Shown here piece by piece: positions 52,283-62,266 of a DNA stretch of 62,266 nucleotides (position 1 is the stretch's first letter; the number at the start of each line of letters is the position of its first letter). Source of the DNA: an uncultured bacterium (GTDB taxonomy: Bacteria > Patescibacteriota > JACMRA01); the NCBI GenBank assembly GCA_963784355.1, contig CAWAQU010000008.1, forward strand, positions 1 through 62,266. The letters run 5' to 3'. Under the pieces are notes generated by a model, which was not told the origin of the DNA, did not search any database, and worked only from the letters and a program-made list of their open reading frames with translations. The translations under genes and the position numbers were made by a program.

Positions 52283-53959
52283 CTGAATTGTAATTTCACC
52301 TGTTTTTAAATCAGATATTTTTTCTACTACTTTCTGATCTTGTTTAATAATTGCATATCCTTTTTCTAAAATATTTTTCGGATCCTGAAGTAAAATTTGG
52401 CTGGAAACTAATTGGAATTGATTTCGTATAACATTAAAATTTTCTTGAATTTCCCTGTAAATTCCTAGCTTTAGACTAGCTACTTCATTTTTCATACTCA
52501 TTATATCAGTCGCTACATAAGTTGAAAAATTTTTCATGGATTCGAGTTTGAAAAGGATTTGATTAGTCTCCATTTTTACTCCCATAATAGTTTTATGCCA
52601 AAGTCTCTCAGTTTCCAATTTAGTTCTACCTATAAATGAAGTGACTAGTTGTCCAGTTTTTTCACAAACTATTTTATTAGTCTGAATTTGTTTAAGACAA
52701 TAATTTGCCATGTATTTTGTAAGCTGATCAGTAACTTCCATGTAATTTCGCTGCCTTTGTTTGAAGTAGTGACTAAAGTATACTTTGTAGCTATCTAACT
52801 GACGAAATACTTGATCATTAGACAAACTAGCCAATTCCGCTGCATTACTTGGCGTAGAAGCCCTTAAATCCGCTACAAGCTCAGCCAGAGTAGTATCTCT
52901 CTCATGACCGATAGCCACGATTGTAGGACGATTTATTCCATGCAGGGCTCTGACAACCTTTTCTGAATTAAACACTACTAAATCATCATTACTTCCACCT
53001 CCCCTAGTAAGTACTACCGTATCAATATCATATTGTTCCGTAAATTCATTTACCAGCTCAAGTCTAGTCAAAATCTCATATTCCGCACCCACTCCCTGAG
53101 TTTTAATTGGTAGATGATAAATATTTATTCCTTTTCTACGCTCACCAAGTACTTTTTGAAAATCAGTCAGGGCTGCACTACTACTACTTGCAAGTAACAA
53201 GATATTTTTAGGTAAAACAGGTATTGGTCTTTTACGAGCTTCATCAAATAGCCCTTCTCTAGTTAGTTTTTCCTCCAGCAGTTTAAGATTTCTAAGTAAT
53301 TCCCCTTCTCCTGTAAGCTCCAACTTTTCAATATCAAAATAAATTCTAGAACTTTTGCTCAGTTTAAATTTTCCGGTAACCCGCACAGTAAGGCCATCAT
53401 TTAGAGGAAAACCGGCCTTCAAGACTACCCCTACAAAGCTCATACAGTCAATTCTACTATCTTGCTTGTCTTTTACACCAAAGTAATACATTTGTCTCAC
53501 GGGACGCACTTCAGCAATCTCGCCTTCAATCACATAAGTCCCCTGCCCCAACAGATTCTTGACTACGGAAAGAGCTTCACTTACACTTAAAATTTTTACA
53601 CTTTTCTCTGTATTGTAACCATCTATTCCTCGTTGTAATTTATCAATAGTACTCTCTAGTATTAACCAAGTTTGCCTATCAGATTCAGCTAATTGCCACT
53701 TTTGTAAATCTTCAATATTCGCTTTTGTAGCCAAAAAACCCAAACCTGTCGCCACTTTCCGACGAATTTGGATACTTGAGTGGTTTCTAAGTAAAATCAG
53801 CTTTTCGATATAATCTATTTTTCTCTGAGTAATCACCCAATTTATCTGGGGTAAAAGGTCTTTGGCTTTATTTTTTACATCCAAAAAATCATCATCAAAT
53901 CCTGAGTCCGTTTTGTGGAGGACCACTTCTTCTTGTAACTGAGCAAATAAATCTGCCAT
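52244..53959 (-). CDS. xseA: Exodeoxyribonuclease VII large subunit with N-terminal HEAT-like extension
   Basis: GEIAE, LRNLKLLEEKLTREGLFD, QG, RGGGS, AIGHERD, ADLRASTPSNAAE, LEKGYA. Probable start MADLF at 53959. Confidence 0.92.
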   Translation of the reverse strand: MADLFAQLQEEVVLHKTDSGFDDDFLDVKNKAKDLLPQINWVITQRKIDYIEKLILLRNHSSIQIRRKVATGLGFLATKANIEDLQKWQLAESDRQTWLILESTIDKLQRGIDGYNTEKSVKILSVSEALSVVKNLLGQGTYVIEGEIAEVRPVRQMYYFGVKDKQDSRIDCMSFVGVVLKAGFPLNDGLTVRVTGKFKLSKSSRIYFDIEKLELTGEGELLRNLKLLEEKLTREGLFDEARKRPIPVLPKNILLLASSSSAALTDFQKVLGERRKGINIYHLPIKTQGVGAEYEILTRLELVNEFTEQYDIDTVVLTRGGGSNDDLVVFNSEKVVRALHGINRPTIVAIGHERDTTLAELVADLRASTPSNAAELASLSNDQVFRQLDSYKVYFSHYFKQRQRNYMEVTDQLTKYMANYCLKQIQTNKIVCEKTGQLVTSFIGRTKLETERLWHKTIMGVKMETNQILFKLESMKNFSTYVATDIMSMKNEVASLKLGIYREIQENFNVIRNQFQLVSSQILLQDPKNILEKGYAIIKQDQKVVEKISDLKTGEITIQLQDGQKTLPNLS

Positions 53960-54009
53960 AAGCAGAAAATAGAATGGATTTTGTATAAGTTGTAAAGCAG
54001 GTGTTGTAA

Positions 54010-54912
54010 TTAACTCGTTAACTTTGAAAAAATACACTTAGTCAGTAAATCTACATTCAAAATAGTCTTGGAAAGTGAAAATCGCTCAGCTCCTCTCAAA
54101 CAGATAAAATAATACAGCTGCTGGAAATCAATATCGCCGTAGCCCTCTAAGAAAGCCGAAAAGTAATCAAAATCATTGGACGTTTTTTCAAGAGTTTTAT
54201 CAAAATAACCAGGAAAATCAATTGCTACAATAGTCAAGTCCAGATATCTTGAACCATATAAAACAGTTCCGTTGGGATCTATAATGATAGGCTTATTTTC
54301 ATCAACAATAACGTTATTCCAATGAGAATCTCCATGTATAAATGATATTGAATCATCAAACTTTTCCATATTATTTTCAATAAATTCTACAATACTTCTA
54401 ATCACCATCTCATCTTCTAAACTTAGCTTGTTCAGCTTAAATTCAGTTTCATATAAATAGTCTTCAATGATTTCCTGCTTGCTTAATGTCTCAAACTCAT
54501 TGAATTTAGTGTCCCACATTTTGCAATATTCTGATATTGGACCATTATCATGTATTTTCCTCATCTGCCGCCCTCTCTCCTTTAAAAGCTCCGTAGAAAT
54601 CACTTCTTTCAACATTACCGCATTTTCCAGCTTTTCCATAATTAAAAAACTGTTGTCTTCTGCTAAATACTCACATTTTAGATGAGGTAAACCTAAATCT
54701 ACTTGAACTGTGGAATACAGTTGCTGATGGAGCAGGCTACCGGAATTAGTTCGATCAATTTTTAAGAGATATTGTTTACTGTCCTTAGTCAGCTTATAAA
54801 ACACTGAAGAGTGAGTTTTGTAATTTTCTCCGATTTCATAGCCTAAAGAAGTAATTAATTGGCGTTGTGAATCTGTAAGCAAATTAATATTTTCCGCTTG
54901 AAGTTGACTCAT
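54010..54912 (-). CDS. Aminoglycoside phosphotransferase/choline kinase-like protein
   Basis: LLK, HGDSHWNNVI, IIDP. Confidence 0.8.
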   Translation of the reverse strand: MSQLQAENINLLTDSQRQLITSLGYEIGENYKTHSSVFYKLTKDSKQYLLKIDRTNSGSLLHQQLYSTVQVDLGLPHLKCEYLAEDNSFLIMEKLENAVMLKEVISTELLKERGRQMRKIHDNGPISEYCKMWDTKFNEFETLSKQEIIEDYLYETEFKLNKLSLEDEMVIRSIVEFIENNMEKFDDSISFIHGDSHWNNVIVDENKPIIIDPNGTVLYGSRYLDLTIVAIDFPGYFDKTLEKTSNDFDYFSAFLEGYGDIDFQQLYYFICLRGAERFSLSKTILNVDLLTKCIFSKLTS

Positions 54913-54919
54913 ACATGTT

Positions 54920-55621
54920 TTACTTGGTTATAAATATCTTTCCCCTTATTATACCACTCCTTCGAGCTACAATATAACTACATAAACCAAACAATAAAAA
55001 TATCACCGTATGCATAAGTCCGCTTTCTATTGATCTCTTACTAAACGACTCAAAAGTGAGGAAAAACAGACCTACCCAAGGAAGGCTGACCAAAAAAGTA
55101 GCCAGTATAAATTGCTTAAACGGAATGCCGATTAGAGCCGAAAACGCGGTCACAAAATCAAAAGGTAGGCTGGCTAGCCTAAGCACTAATACTGCACTAA
55201 ATTCCTTTTCAAGTGAGCTATCTACATCAATTCCCACTTTATGAGCAAGCTTCAAAATCTTCTGCTTAAATATATCACCAGCTAAATATTTTACTACAAA
55301 ATAAAAAATACCTGCTGACAATTGCTCTGCCAAAATAACCCAAAAATAGCCCCACCAGGGACCAAAAAGTATGTAAGCCACCACATTCATTATCCAGGTA
55401 GGGAGCAGGAATAGCGGGCGCAAAATGAACACAAGCACAAAACTGATTGGCAAAAAATATCTCCAATTACTCTGATGTAGTTGCAACAAAAGTTTTTCTA
55501 ATATATTTGAAAGTTCCGGTAGTGTGATTTCATTTTTAAACATGATATATCCACTCAAAAGCAGCAATCCAACCCAAATAGTAATCATCAAAATCCTAGC
55601 TCGCCTTTTCAATTTGTGCAT
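54920..55621 (-). CDS. TVP38/DedA (VTT) family membrane protein
   Basis: RPLFLLP, LFGPWWG, LRLASLPFD, FILAT. Confidence 0.85.
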   Translation of the reverse strand: MHKLKRRARILMITIWVGLLLLSGYIMFKNEITLPELSNILEKLLLQLHQSNWRYFLPISFVLVFILRPLFLLPTWIMNVVAYILFGPWWGYFWVILAEQLSAGIFYFVVKYLAGDIFKQKILKLAHKVGIDVDSSLEKEFSAVLVLRLASLPFDFVTAFSALIGIPFKQFILATFLVSLPWVGLFFLTFESFSKRSIESGLMHTVIFLLFGLCSYIVARRSGIIRGKIFITK

Positions 55622-55704
55622 AAATTTTTAGAATAGTTACAGAACTACCGAAAATAGTCAAAACTTTACAAAAAATCAATTCTAATTCTAAGCTTAATAA
55701 TATT

Positions 55705-56760
55705 ATGCTTTCAGTAGGATTAGTAGGACTCCCAAACGCAGGTAAATCAACTTTATTCAATTTGTTGACCAAAAGACAAGTACCGGCAGAAAATTTTCCT
55801 TTCTGTACAATTGAACCTAATACCGGAATTGTAGAGGTACCTGACCATAGAGTCAAGGAATTAGCCAAAATTAGTAAATCTCAAAAAGAAGTCTACGCCG
55901 GAATAGAATTTGTAGACATTGCAGGTCTGGTGAAAAATGCCAGTAGCGGCGCAGGACTTGGTAATCAATTTTTGTCTCATATTAAAGAAGTTGATTTGAT
56001 TTTATTGGTAGTACGCTGCTTTCAAAATGAAAATGTAGTGCACGTAGAAAACAGAGTAAATCCCAAAGATGATGAAGAAATTTTATTACTGGAATTGATT
56101 TTATCTGACCAGCAGCTCATAGAGAAAACTATTCCAAGAATGGAAAAAGATGCTAAAAGCAATAAAGACAGACTTATAGGTGAGAAAATCCAAATATTAC
56201 AAAAAATTCTTGATAAACTCAAAAATTCTGAACCTGCAAAAAATTTTGAACTTGAAAAAACAGCTGACAAAGATTTAATTAAGTGGAGAAAAGGTCTAAG
56301 TCTTTTAACTGACAAACAAGTCCTAAAACTAGCTAATGTAAATCAAGAAGGTGTCAACGAAGCTTATAATTCCGATTTTGATTTGGATATTCTATTAGAA
56401 TCAACTGTCAGTGAGCTAACTGAAGAAGAAAGAATAGAGCTTGGAGTAAATACCGAAACAGGATTAGATCGAATGATTAAAGCTTGTTATCATAAATTAA
56501 ATTTAGCCACATTTTTAACCACCGGTGAAACAGAATCAAGAGCTTGGACTTTTAATCAAGGTATGACTGCTCCACAGTGCGCAGGTAAAATTCATAGCGA
56601 TTTTGAAAAAACATTTATCAAAGCTGATACAGTAAGTTACCAGGATTTTATTGACAATTCCGGCTGGAAAGGCGTAGTTGAAAAAGGTAAAATTCGAAGT
56701 GAAGGCAAAGAATATATAATGCAAGACGGTGACATAGTAGAATTTAAAACCGGAGCCTAA
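55705..56760 (+). CDS. ychF: Redox-regulated ATPase YchF
   Basis: GLPNAGKSTLFN, NFPFCTIEPN, DIAGLV, EGKEYIMQDGD. Confidence 0.97.
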   Translation: MLSVGLVGLPNAGKSTLFNLLTKRQVPAENFPFCTIEPNTGIVEVPDHRVKELAKISKSQKEVYAGIEFVDIAGLVKNASSGAGLGNQFLSHIKEVDLILLVVRCFQNENVVHVENRVNPKDDEEILLLELILSDQQLIEKTIPRMEKDAKSNKDRLIGEKIQILQKILDKLKNSEPAKNFELEKTADKDLIKWRKGLSLLTDKQVLKLANVNQEGVNEAYNSDFDLDILLESTVSELTEEERIELGVNTETGLDRMIKACYHKLNLATFLTTGETESRAWTFNQGMTAPQCAGKIHSDFEKTFIKADTVSYQDFIDNSGWKGVVEKGKIRSEGKEYIMQDGDIVEFKTGA

Positions 56761-56786
56761 AAAAATTAAAATATTCACAGTTTTTT

Positions 56787-57431
56787 ATGCAATTTCCACT
56801 GCCTACAACTGCACCCAAATACGATCTAAAAGAAGTTCGCAAATTAATTGATGAATTAGATCTGGACCCCCTCAAAAACTCTGGTATAAGGGTAGTCTAC
56901 CCTGTCGGCGATGGTAGTAGTGGAGTATTTCTGGTAGGAGAAGCACCTGGAGCAAAAGAGGATGAGCTTGGAGAGCCATTTGTAGGTGCAGCAGGTAGGC
57001 TTTTAAATAATATACTTTTACCGAGTGTGAATTTAACTAGAAAAAATATTTACCTTACCAATATTGTAAAATGTAGGCCTCCCAATAATCGAGATCCTTT
57101 ACCTGAAGAAAAAGAAGCTTGGAGTCCTATATTGCTTGCTGAAATTTTAGCTATAAAACCTAAAGTACTTGTTTGTTTAGGTAGGCATTCACTAGGATTT
57201 TTTCTACCTGAAGCCAAAATCAGTCAGGTCCACGGTAAAATAATTAATGTGGAATTGTTTGAGAATTATTCACAGGCAATATTACCGCTGTATCATCCAG
57301 CAGTAGCTTTGTACAATCCAAATATGCAAGAAGTTTTGAAAAAAGACTTTTTAGTTATCCAGAATTTTTTGGAGGAATTACCTGATACTTCCAATACTAT
57401 TGATGCCAACTCAGGAGACTTTTTGTTGTAG
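56787..57431 (+). CDS. udg: Uracil-DNA glycosylase family 4
   Basis: GEAPG, PFVGAAG, NIVKCRPPNNRDP, YHPA. Confidence 0.93.
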   Translation: MQFPLPTTAPKYDLKEVRKLIDELDLDPLKNSGIRVVYPVGDGSSGVFLVGEAPGAKEDELGEPFVGAAGRLLNNILLPSVNLTRKNIYLTNIVKCRPPNNRDPLPEEKEAWSPILLAEILAIKPKVLVCLGRHSLGFFLPEAKISQVHGKIINVELFENYSQAILPLYHPAVALYNPNMQEVLKKDFLVIQNFLEELPDTSNTIDANSGDFLL

Positions 57432-57615
57432 TAGATAATTTCCAACAGGCTTGAGTTTATAATAATTACATACAAATTTTAAAATGCTTATAAACGCCCT
57501 TAGTTTTAATTGTGCATTTAGTTTTTTAAGTAATTTGCATAAAAAAGAAATGTAAACTATACTTATATATAGAAAACCGAAAAATAAGGTCAAAATCAAA
57601 ACAAAAACAAAAAAT

Positions 57616-60600
57616 ATGGCAAATAGCAAAAACTATAAAATAAGTGCTTTAGCTCCTAAAAACAACGTATCTTTCAGGAAATCTCTAAAAAATAGGCGTA
57701 GGAAAAGCCTGGTATTTTCTGTAATTGCAGTGTATCTATTAATGGGTATAACTGTAGGCTCATTTTTATTTGGAGGTAAGTCCGGTCCGGCAAAAGCTAG
57801 CGAAGCTGCCCTGATTAGTGCATCTATAAAACTTGCTGAAGAGCGAGATTACAAATTGGGAGATTCTTTGAAGATAACCATGACACTACAAAATACTAGT
57901 ACTGTAGAGTCAATTAACGCTTTGGCTGTAGATCTTTATTCCACACAAAACAGCATCAAATGGGTAGATATAAAATCTGATAAGACAAATGAAAATTTGG
58001 AAATAAGTCCAACAGGATCTTTTAAATTACCTGTTTTGTCCTCCGGTGAACGGGCAGAATACAACATTCAAGGTAATATCCAAAGCAACAATTTAGACTA
58101 CTTGAATATACTAGGACGTATTAAATATTTAAACAAAATGGGTCCTCAGGATTTGGAAACCAATAGAATTTATACAAAGCTTACAAGCTCAGGAAATAAT
58201 ACTGGCCATTTAGTAAGTGTTGCAGGTAAAGAAAAGTTTAATCTGGGTGAGGCTCTTGTTTTCAATCTCGCTAAAGATAAAATAGAATCCACTAAGGGCA
58301 AATTTTATGTCTCAAATGCAGACACACAAGAAGTAGTTTTGAATAATGACTGTGATCTAACAACTTCAGAAACTTGTGAAATAAATATTAAATCCCTACC
58401 TGTCGGTAATTATAGTAGTTTATATATTGATGAAAATGAAAATTACTTCAGTAATATAAAATTGTTTAGTGTAAGTGGTAAAAAGAATGATTTTATCCCT
58501 AATGAACAGGCTAGTTTAGAATTTCCAATAGGTAATACAAGTATAAACGGAATTTTGCCGGTGATTGCTAAAAAGGTTTTATCTTTAAATCAGATTGTAT
58601 CTACTGAAAATATTTGTACTTTTGAAATATATTTAAATAAACAGTTGGTAAACACAGCAAAAGCGGCTGTTGATAGTGATAGAAGTTGCAGATTTACTTT
58701 TAACTCCGAGTATTTGAATCGCGGAAATAATACATATGTAATTAAACTTGCTAATACAAGCATTGAGAAAGATATTTTTTATACAAACAAACCAGATAAA
58801 TTATTTGCTCTGACAAACAAAACTGGAGCTTTAATTAAAGGTAAAAATGCAGACATAGAAGCTACCGGAATTACAGATCCAACGGGCAATATTGCAACTG
58901 ATAAAAAAGTTACTCTTGCTATTTTGCACCAACAAACTGGTGAATATACAGAAATCAATAATCTTAACGGTAACACATTAAAAGTAGTTGACGGAGTATT
59001 TAGTACAAGTATTAGTTCCAATTCTTTAAGTAAAGGTGGTACCTATATTGTTAATTTTAAAACAGAAGATGGTTTACAATCAGATTGGTTAACACTTAGC
59101 TTTGAGGATAAACAAGTTGGCTTTAGTAAAAGTGGTGTAATCACAGACACTAAAGGACTTAAGATTGGTCAAGATATAATTCTTACACTTGATAATTTAA
59201 TAGACAGAAGTGGAAATCAAATTTCAGAAGGCGAGTGTAGCGCAAACGTCTATAGTGCTCAAGCTGCAGCAACAATTACAGTTCCAGGACAAATCAAAAA
59301 AGGTGTTTGTAGTGCTACTTTAGCTGCAGGTAAAATCAAGCAATCAGGTCCAATTTTAGTAAGTTTTACCGGATCTGAAATTTCTAATAAAATCAATCAA
59401 AGCAAGCAACTTTATTTGGAAGCAGGAAAACCAGAAAAATATGGTAACATAAATTTGGAATTTGAGCCTGCAAAACAAGACTTTGCAAACACTGTAATCA
59501 TAGGCCCAATTACTGATAAATACGGAAACGCAGTAAACGCTTTTAACTATAAATTAAAATTGAGTAGTGAGGATGAAGAGGTCAAAGAATTTACAAACAT
59601 AGATGTGCAGTCAGGCTTTATTAAAATGGTATTGCCTTCTACATTTTTTGCCGGAGAAAAGCTTAATTTGGAATTTTTAGATGAAGCTGACAAGAAAATT
59701 ACTGACAGAACATTCGAAATTGATGCTACTAAAGGAAAACCAACTTTATCTGAGATCCCTAAAGAACTTAAAAATAATAAAAATTTACAATTTGAAATTT
59801 CAGGAATCAGCCTCACTAACCAAAGTCAATGTTTAGTTAAATTTATAAAGAGCAGTGATGAAGTATTGGAAAATAAATACGCTTACGATAATACAGAAGA
59901 TAAGTGTAAGATTGACTGGGATGTAAATTTATATAGAAATGCGGAAAAAGCTTTAGTGCATGTTGAAATCGGTGATAAAGCATTTAATCAGGTTGTGAGT
60001 ATAACAAGTGGTGAAGCTGTAAATCTATTTACTATTGCTCCACAAATTAGAATAAATAAACAAAATGAACTTGAGCTTAAATTACTCACCTCTCCAATTA
60101 CTGATAAATATGGTAAGGTAGTTGATAAGGCTCCTATCAAATGGCAATACAACGGCAAAATTGTACAGTCTACAGTTGACTCAGGCATTTCCCAACTTAG
60201 CTTGCCTGCCAGCAAATTGGAAACTAGAGATATTAAAGTAACAGATGCCAGTAAGTACTTAGATTTAGATCTGGATGTAAAAGCAGGGATTACTTCTATT
60301 AGTAAAACGAATAATCTACAAATTTACACCGGTAATTACGATATTAGTAACAAAGTTTCTAGCTTTGAAGTAGTTAGAGCCAGCTCCCAAATTTCTAATC
60401 AAAACAACACTATTTTTGCATTCAAAACAGATGCTTGCAGTGGAGAATTGATTACTACAAACTCTACACAGTTATTGAAAACTCATTTACAAGGTGGAAT
60501 ATGTTATGTGGAAGCTACCTCAGCAAGTCGAGATAACAAAATAGTATTCAAAAAAGACGGTTTCGATTTAGGTGAGTTTAATTATTCAACAATTACTGAT

Positions 60601-60873
60601 CCTCAAAATATTATATGGTGTACTTTGGAAAAGAAAAATTGTATGATTCAAGTCTTTACCCCGGTTAATAGTATAATTGATGTGAGAGTATTTGATGAAG
60701 ATAAAGAATATAAATTTAGCAGTAAGGATTTGGAAAATGTTGTAGTAATCAATCAAAACGGTTTAAACCCTTTGAAAAAGTACTCTGTAGAAATCAAATA
60801 CAAGGATCTTAACAATCAGGAAGTAACTCATACAAGAGAAATCACAGGTGAGAAATTGATTAGCAAGGAGTAG
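57616..60873 (+). CDS. Large secreted or membrane-anchored multi-Ig-like protein with N-terminal DUF11-like domain
   Basis: TM + PAKA; GDSLKITMTLQN...LSSGE; recurring (I/L)xD(K/R/P)xG(N/K) repeats. Confidence 0.65.
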   Translation: MANSKNYKISALAPKNNVSFRKSLKNRRRKSLVFSVIAVYLLMGITVGSFLFGGKSGPAKASEAALISASIKLAEERDYKLGDSLKITMTLQNTSTVESINALAVDLYSTQNSIKWVDIKSDKTNENLEISPTGSFKLPVLSSGERAEYNIQGNIQSNNLDYLNILGRIKYLNKMGPQDLETNRIYTKLTSSGNNTGHLVSVAGKEKFNLGEALVFNLAKDKIESTKGKFYVSNADTQEVVLNNDCDLTTSETCEINIKSLPVGNYSSLYIDENENYFSNIKLFSVSGKKNDFIPNEQASLEFPIGNTSINGILPVIAKKVLSLNQIVSTENICTFEIYLNKQLVNTAKAAVDSDRSCRFTFNSEYLNRGNNTYVIKLANTSIEKDIFYTNKPDKLFALTNKTGALIKGKNADIEATGITDPTGNIATDKKVTLAILHQQTGEYTEINNLNGNTLKVVDGVFSTSISSNSLSKGGTYIVNFKTEDGLQSDWLTLSFEDKQVGFSKSGVITDTKGLKIGQDIILTLDNLIDRSGNQISEGECSANVYSAQAAATITVPGQIKKGVCSATLAAGKIKQSGPILVSFTGSEISNKINQSKQLYLEAGKPEKYGNINLEFEPAKQDFANTVIIGPITDKYGNAVNAFNYKLKLSSEDEEVKEFTNIDVQSGFIKMVLPSTFFAGEKLNLEFLDEADKKITDRTFEIDATKGKPTLSEIPKELKNNKNLQFEISGISLTNQSQCLVKFIKSSDEVLENKYAYDNTEDKCKIDWDVNLYRNAEKALVHVEIGDKAFNQVVSITSGEAVNLFTIAPQIRINKQNELELKLLTSPITDKYGKVVDKAPIKWQYNGKIVQSTVDSGISQLSLPASKLETRDIKVTDASKYLDLDLDVKAGITSISKTNNLQIYTGNYDISNKVSSFEVVRASSQISNQNNTIFAFKTDACSGELITTNSTQLLKTHLQGGICYVEATSASRDNKIVFKKDGFDLGEFNYSTITDPQNIIWCTLEKKNCMIQVFTPVNSIIDVRVFDEDKEYKFSSKDLENVVVINQNGLNPLKKYSVEIKYKDLNNQEVTHTREITGEKLISKE

Positions 60874-61013
60874 TAAAAGCTTGATTTAGTTTAGTATTTG
60901 GTTACTTGAAGACTAATTAAATAGAGCATAATCCTAGAGCTCTTAAGATTTATTTTGACATTTATAAATACTTCTGTTATAGGATTAATAATGGGTTTAT
61001 TTGGTGCATTAAA

Positions 61014-61232
61014 ATGAGAAAGTTCTTTCTGACAGCTATATTTTTAATATTAGTTAGTGGTTGTGAAAATCAACCCAATAATAGTGAAACAACTTGGTAT
61101 TTCAAAGTACCAAATGGTTTGAAAACGCAGGCTAAAGCCTTCCCTACAAAGGAAAGCTGTGAAAAGGCTAGGAAATATCAACATACGCTTTCAGGTTGCT
61201 TGGAGGGCCAGCCCCCAGCACCAGGCTACTAA
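61014..61232 (+). CDS. Small lipoprotein
   Basis: Lipobox-like LVSGC; upstream TTGACA at 60955. Confidence 0.55.
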   Translation: MRKFFLTAIFLILVSGCENQPNNSETTWYFKVPNGLKTQAKAFPTKESCEKARKYQHTLSGCLEGQPPAPGY

Positions 61233-61277
61233 AATTAAATAGGGGTTGAGTTTGATTACTCCTCCTTACACCCCAAC

Positions 61278-61317
61278 ACTCTCCCCAGATATTAATTTAT
61301 TAAGGGAGAGTTTTTTT
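61278..61317 (+). terminator. Intrinsic terminator
   Basis: ACTCTCCC...GGGAGAGT followed by a T run. Confidence 0.65.
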
Positions 61318-61609
61318 ACAGCTCAAATATTATTTTCTAGCTTAATTGATATTTGAATTAATTTCTTGGTATAAATTCTTAGGTATTATATTGGCAATCA
61401 AATTCGAGATAGCACTGCTTATTTTAGAGATGGAATAGTCCTATTTGCTACTTAAATGTAGCATACTATATGTTTGACAGCTGTATTTTTGTGTGCTATG
61501 GGACAGGAATAATATTGTGATGTGTTATAACTAAACTATTATTCAATTTTTGAAGATATTTATTTTGTCATACTTCCAATATTGCCTTTAATATCTACAG
61601 CTTCCCAAT

Positions 61610-62266
61610 ATGTTTCACTTTGCCAATACGAGTAAAAGAGTGTTTATTGCTTGTTTTACTGCATTTTTGCTTTTAATAAATATTTTTGGTTTTTTCAATC
61701 TAGTGGCTATTGCCCAGTCTGATCCGCTGAAAATCGCTACTCTAGATGTCCAAAGACAGTCCAAGCTACAAAATTTAGCTAAAACTGAAAACCAAGTAGC
61801 AAGTACGCAAACTTCTTCTACACCAGTAAGTGTAAAACAGGACCCACCTAAAGATGCTACTTGTGAAGATTTGAAGGGTTGGAAAGAAGATGAGACCAAA
61901 AAAACACTGACTACAAGGACCTACTATTTTCCGAATAAAACGAATTTGCCGGTTGGCAATACACCCGATAAAAATCCGGATGACTTTTACTGGATGAGCT
62001 GTAGTTATACTGCAAAGATTAATTACCAAGATAAAAACAGTAAAAAAATTGTCCCGATTGATAACAAATTAAAGGAATTACCGACTAATTCTGAAGCTAG
62101 AAAGGCTGGCTACAAATTTGTAAACAGTGGCAACGACTATAGAGCTTATTTTCCTGAAAATCCTAACAGTGGTTGGAAATTTGAAAATGATAACGGTGAT
62201 TATTTAGTTATAAGTAAAGTATCCATAAATGGAAAAACTTTAAATGTAAACCCTCCGGTAATCCAA
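61610..62266 (+). CDS. Secreted protein, 3'-partial (not in the ORF track); N-terminus resembles RHS/WapA- or DNRLRE-type wall-associated proteins
   Basis: Open from ATG 61610 to the window end: MFHFANTSKRVFIACF...TRTYYF...INYQDKNSKKIVPIDNKL...FVNSGNDYRAYFP. Confidence 0.6.
   Translation, partial: MFHFANTSKRVFIACFTAFLLLINIFGFFNLVAIAQSDPLKIATLDVQRQSKLQNLAKTENQVASTQTSSTPVSVKQDPPKDATCEDLKGWKEDETKKTLTTRTYYFPNKTNLPVGNTPDKNPDDFYWMSCSYTAKINYQDKNSKKIVPIDNKLKELPTNSEARKAGYKFVNSGNDYRAYFPENPNSGWKFENDNGDYLVISKVSINGKTLNVNPPVIQ

Noticed and set aside
61615-62029. Minus-strand ORFs 61615..61899 and 61775..62029
   Set aside because: Antisense to the longer plus-strand ORF with a signal peptide starting at 61610.
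1-62266. Alternative genetic code (TGA=Gly, as in Gracilibacteria/SR1)
   Set aside because: Conserved genes are full length under table 11. The TGA-terminated fragments are explained by frameshifts or the IS.

Overview
AT-rich bacterial chromosomal segment, translation table 11. Gene content and style suggest a Patescibacteria/CPR-like reduced genome (inference): housekeeping and repair genes without operon context, many membrane-anchored orphans, few Shine-Dalgarno sites. The first ~12 kb is a surface-protein locus. It holds an SdrD-B-like repeat protein, a Thr/Ser/Asn stalk protein with an IRTG sortase-like tail, and a very large FN3/RCC1/beta-propeller adhesin interrupted by a complete IS3-family element. 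The rest is mostly housekeeping (frr, uppP, dus, infC, gpmI, ruvA, HU, tRNA-Leu, radA, recG, tsaC, rsmE, uvrC-like, xseA, ychF, udg). The best candidate for a new system is a split DUF11 (Ig-like, isopeptide-type) domain. The adhesin ends in a DUF11 domain lacking its last two strands, and the neighbouring anchored stalk protein carries little more than such a two-strand hairpin at its mature N-terminus. This looks like a natural tag/catcher docking pair. Other highlights are an FHA + HopA1-like (phosphothreonine-lyase-fold) fusion, a CrtR-like carotenoid hydroxylase/desaturase, wedge-less RecG, half-UvrC, HEAT-XseA, and widespread near-leaderless TTGAC-type promoters. Several single-base homopolymer frameshifts in the first ~6.4 kb are probably sequencing errors. 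All family calls come from motif recognition by eye; no searches were run.
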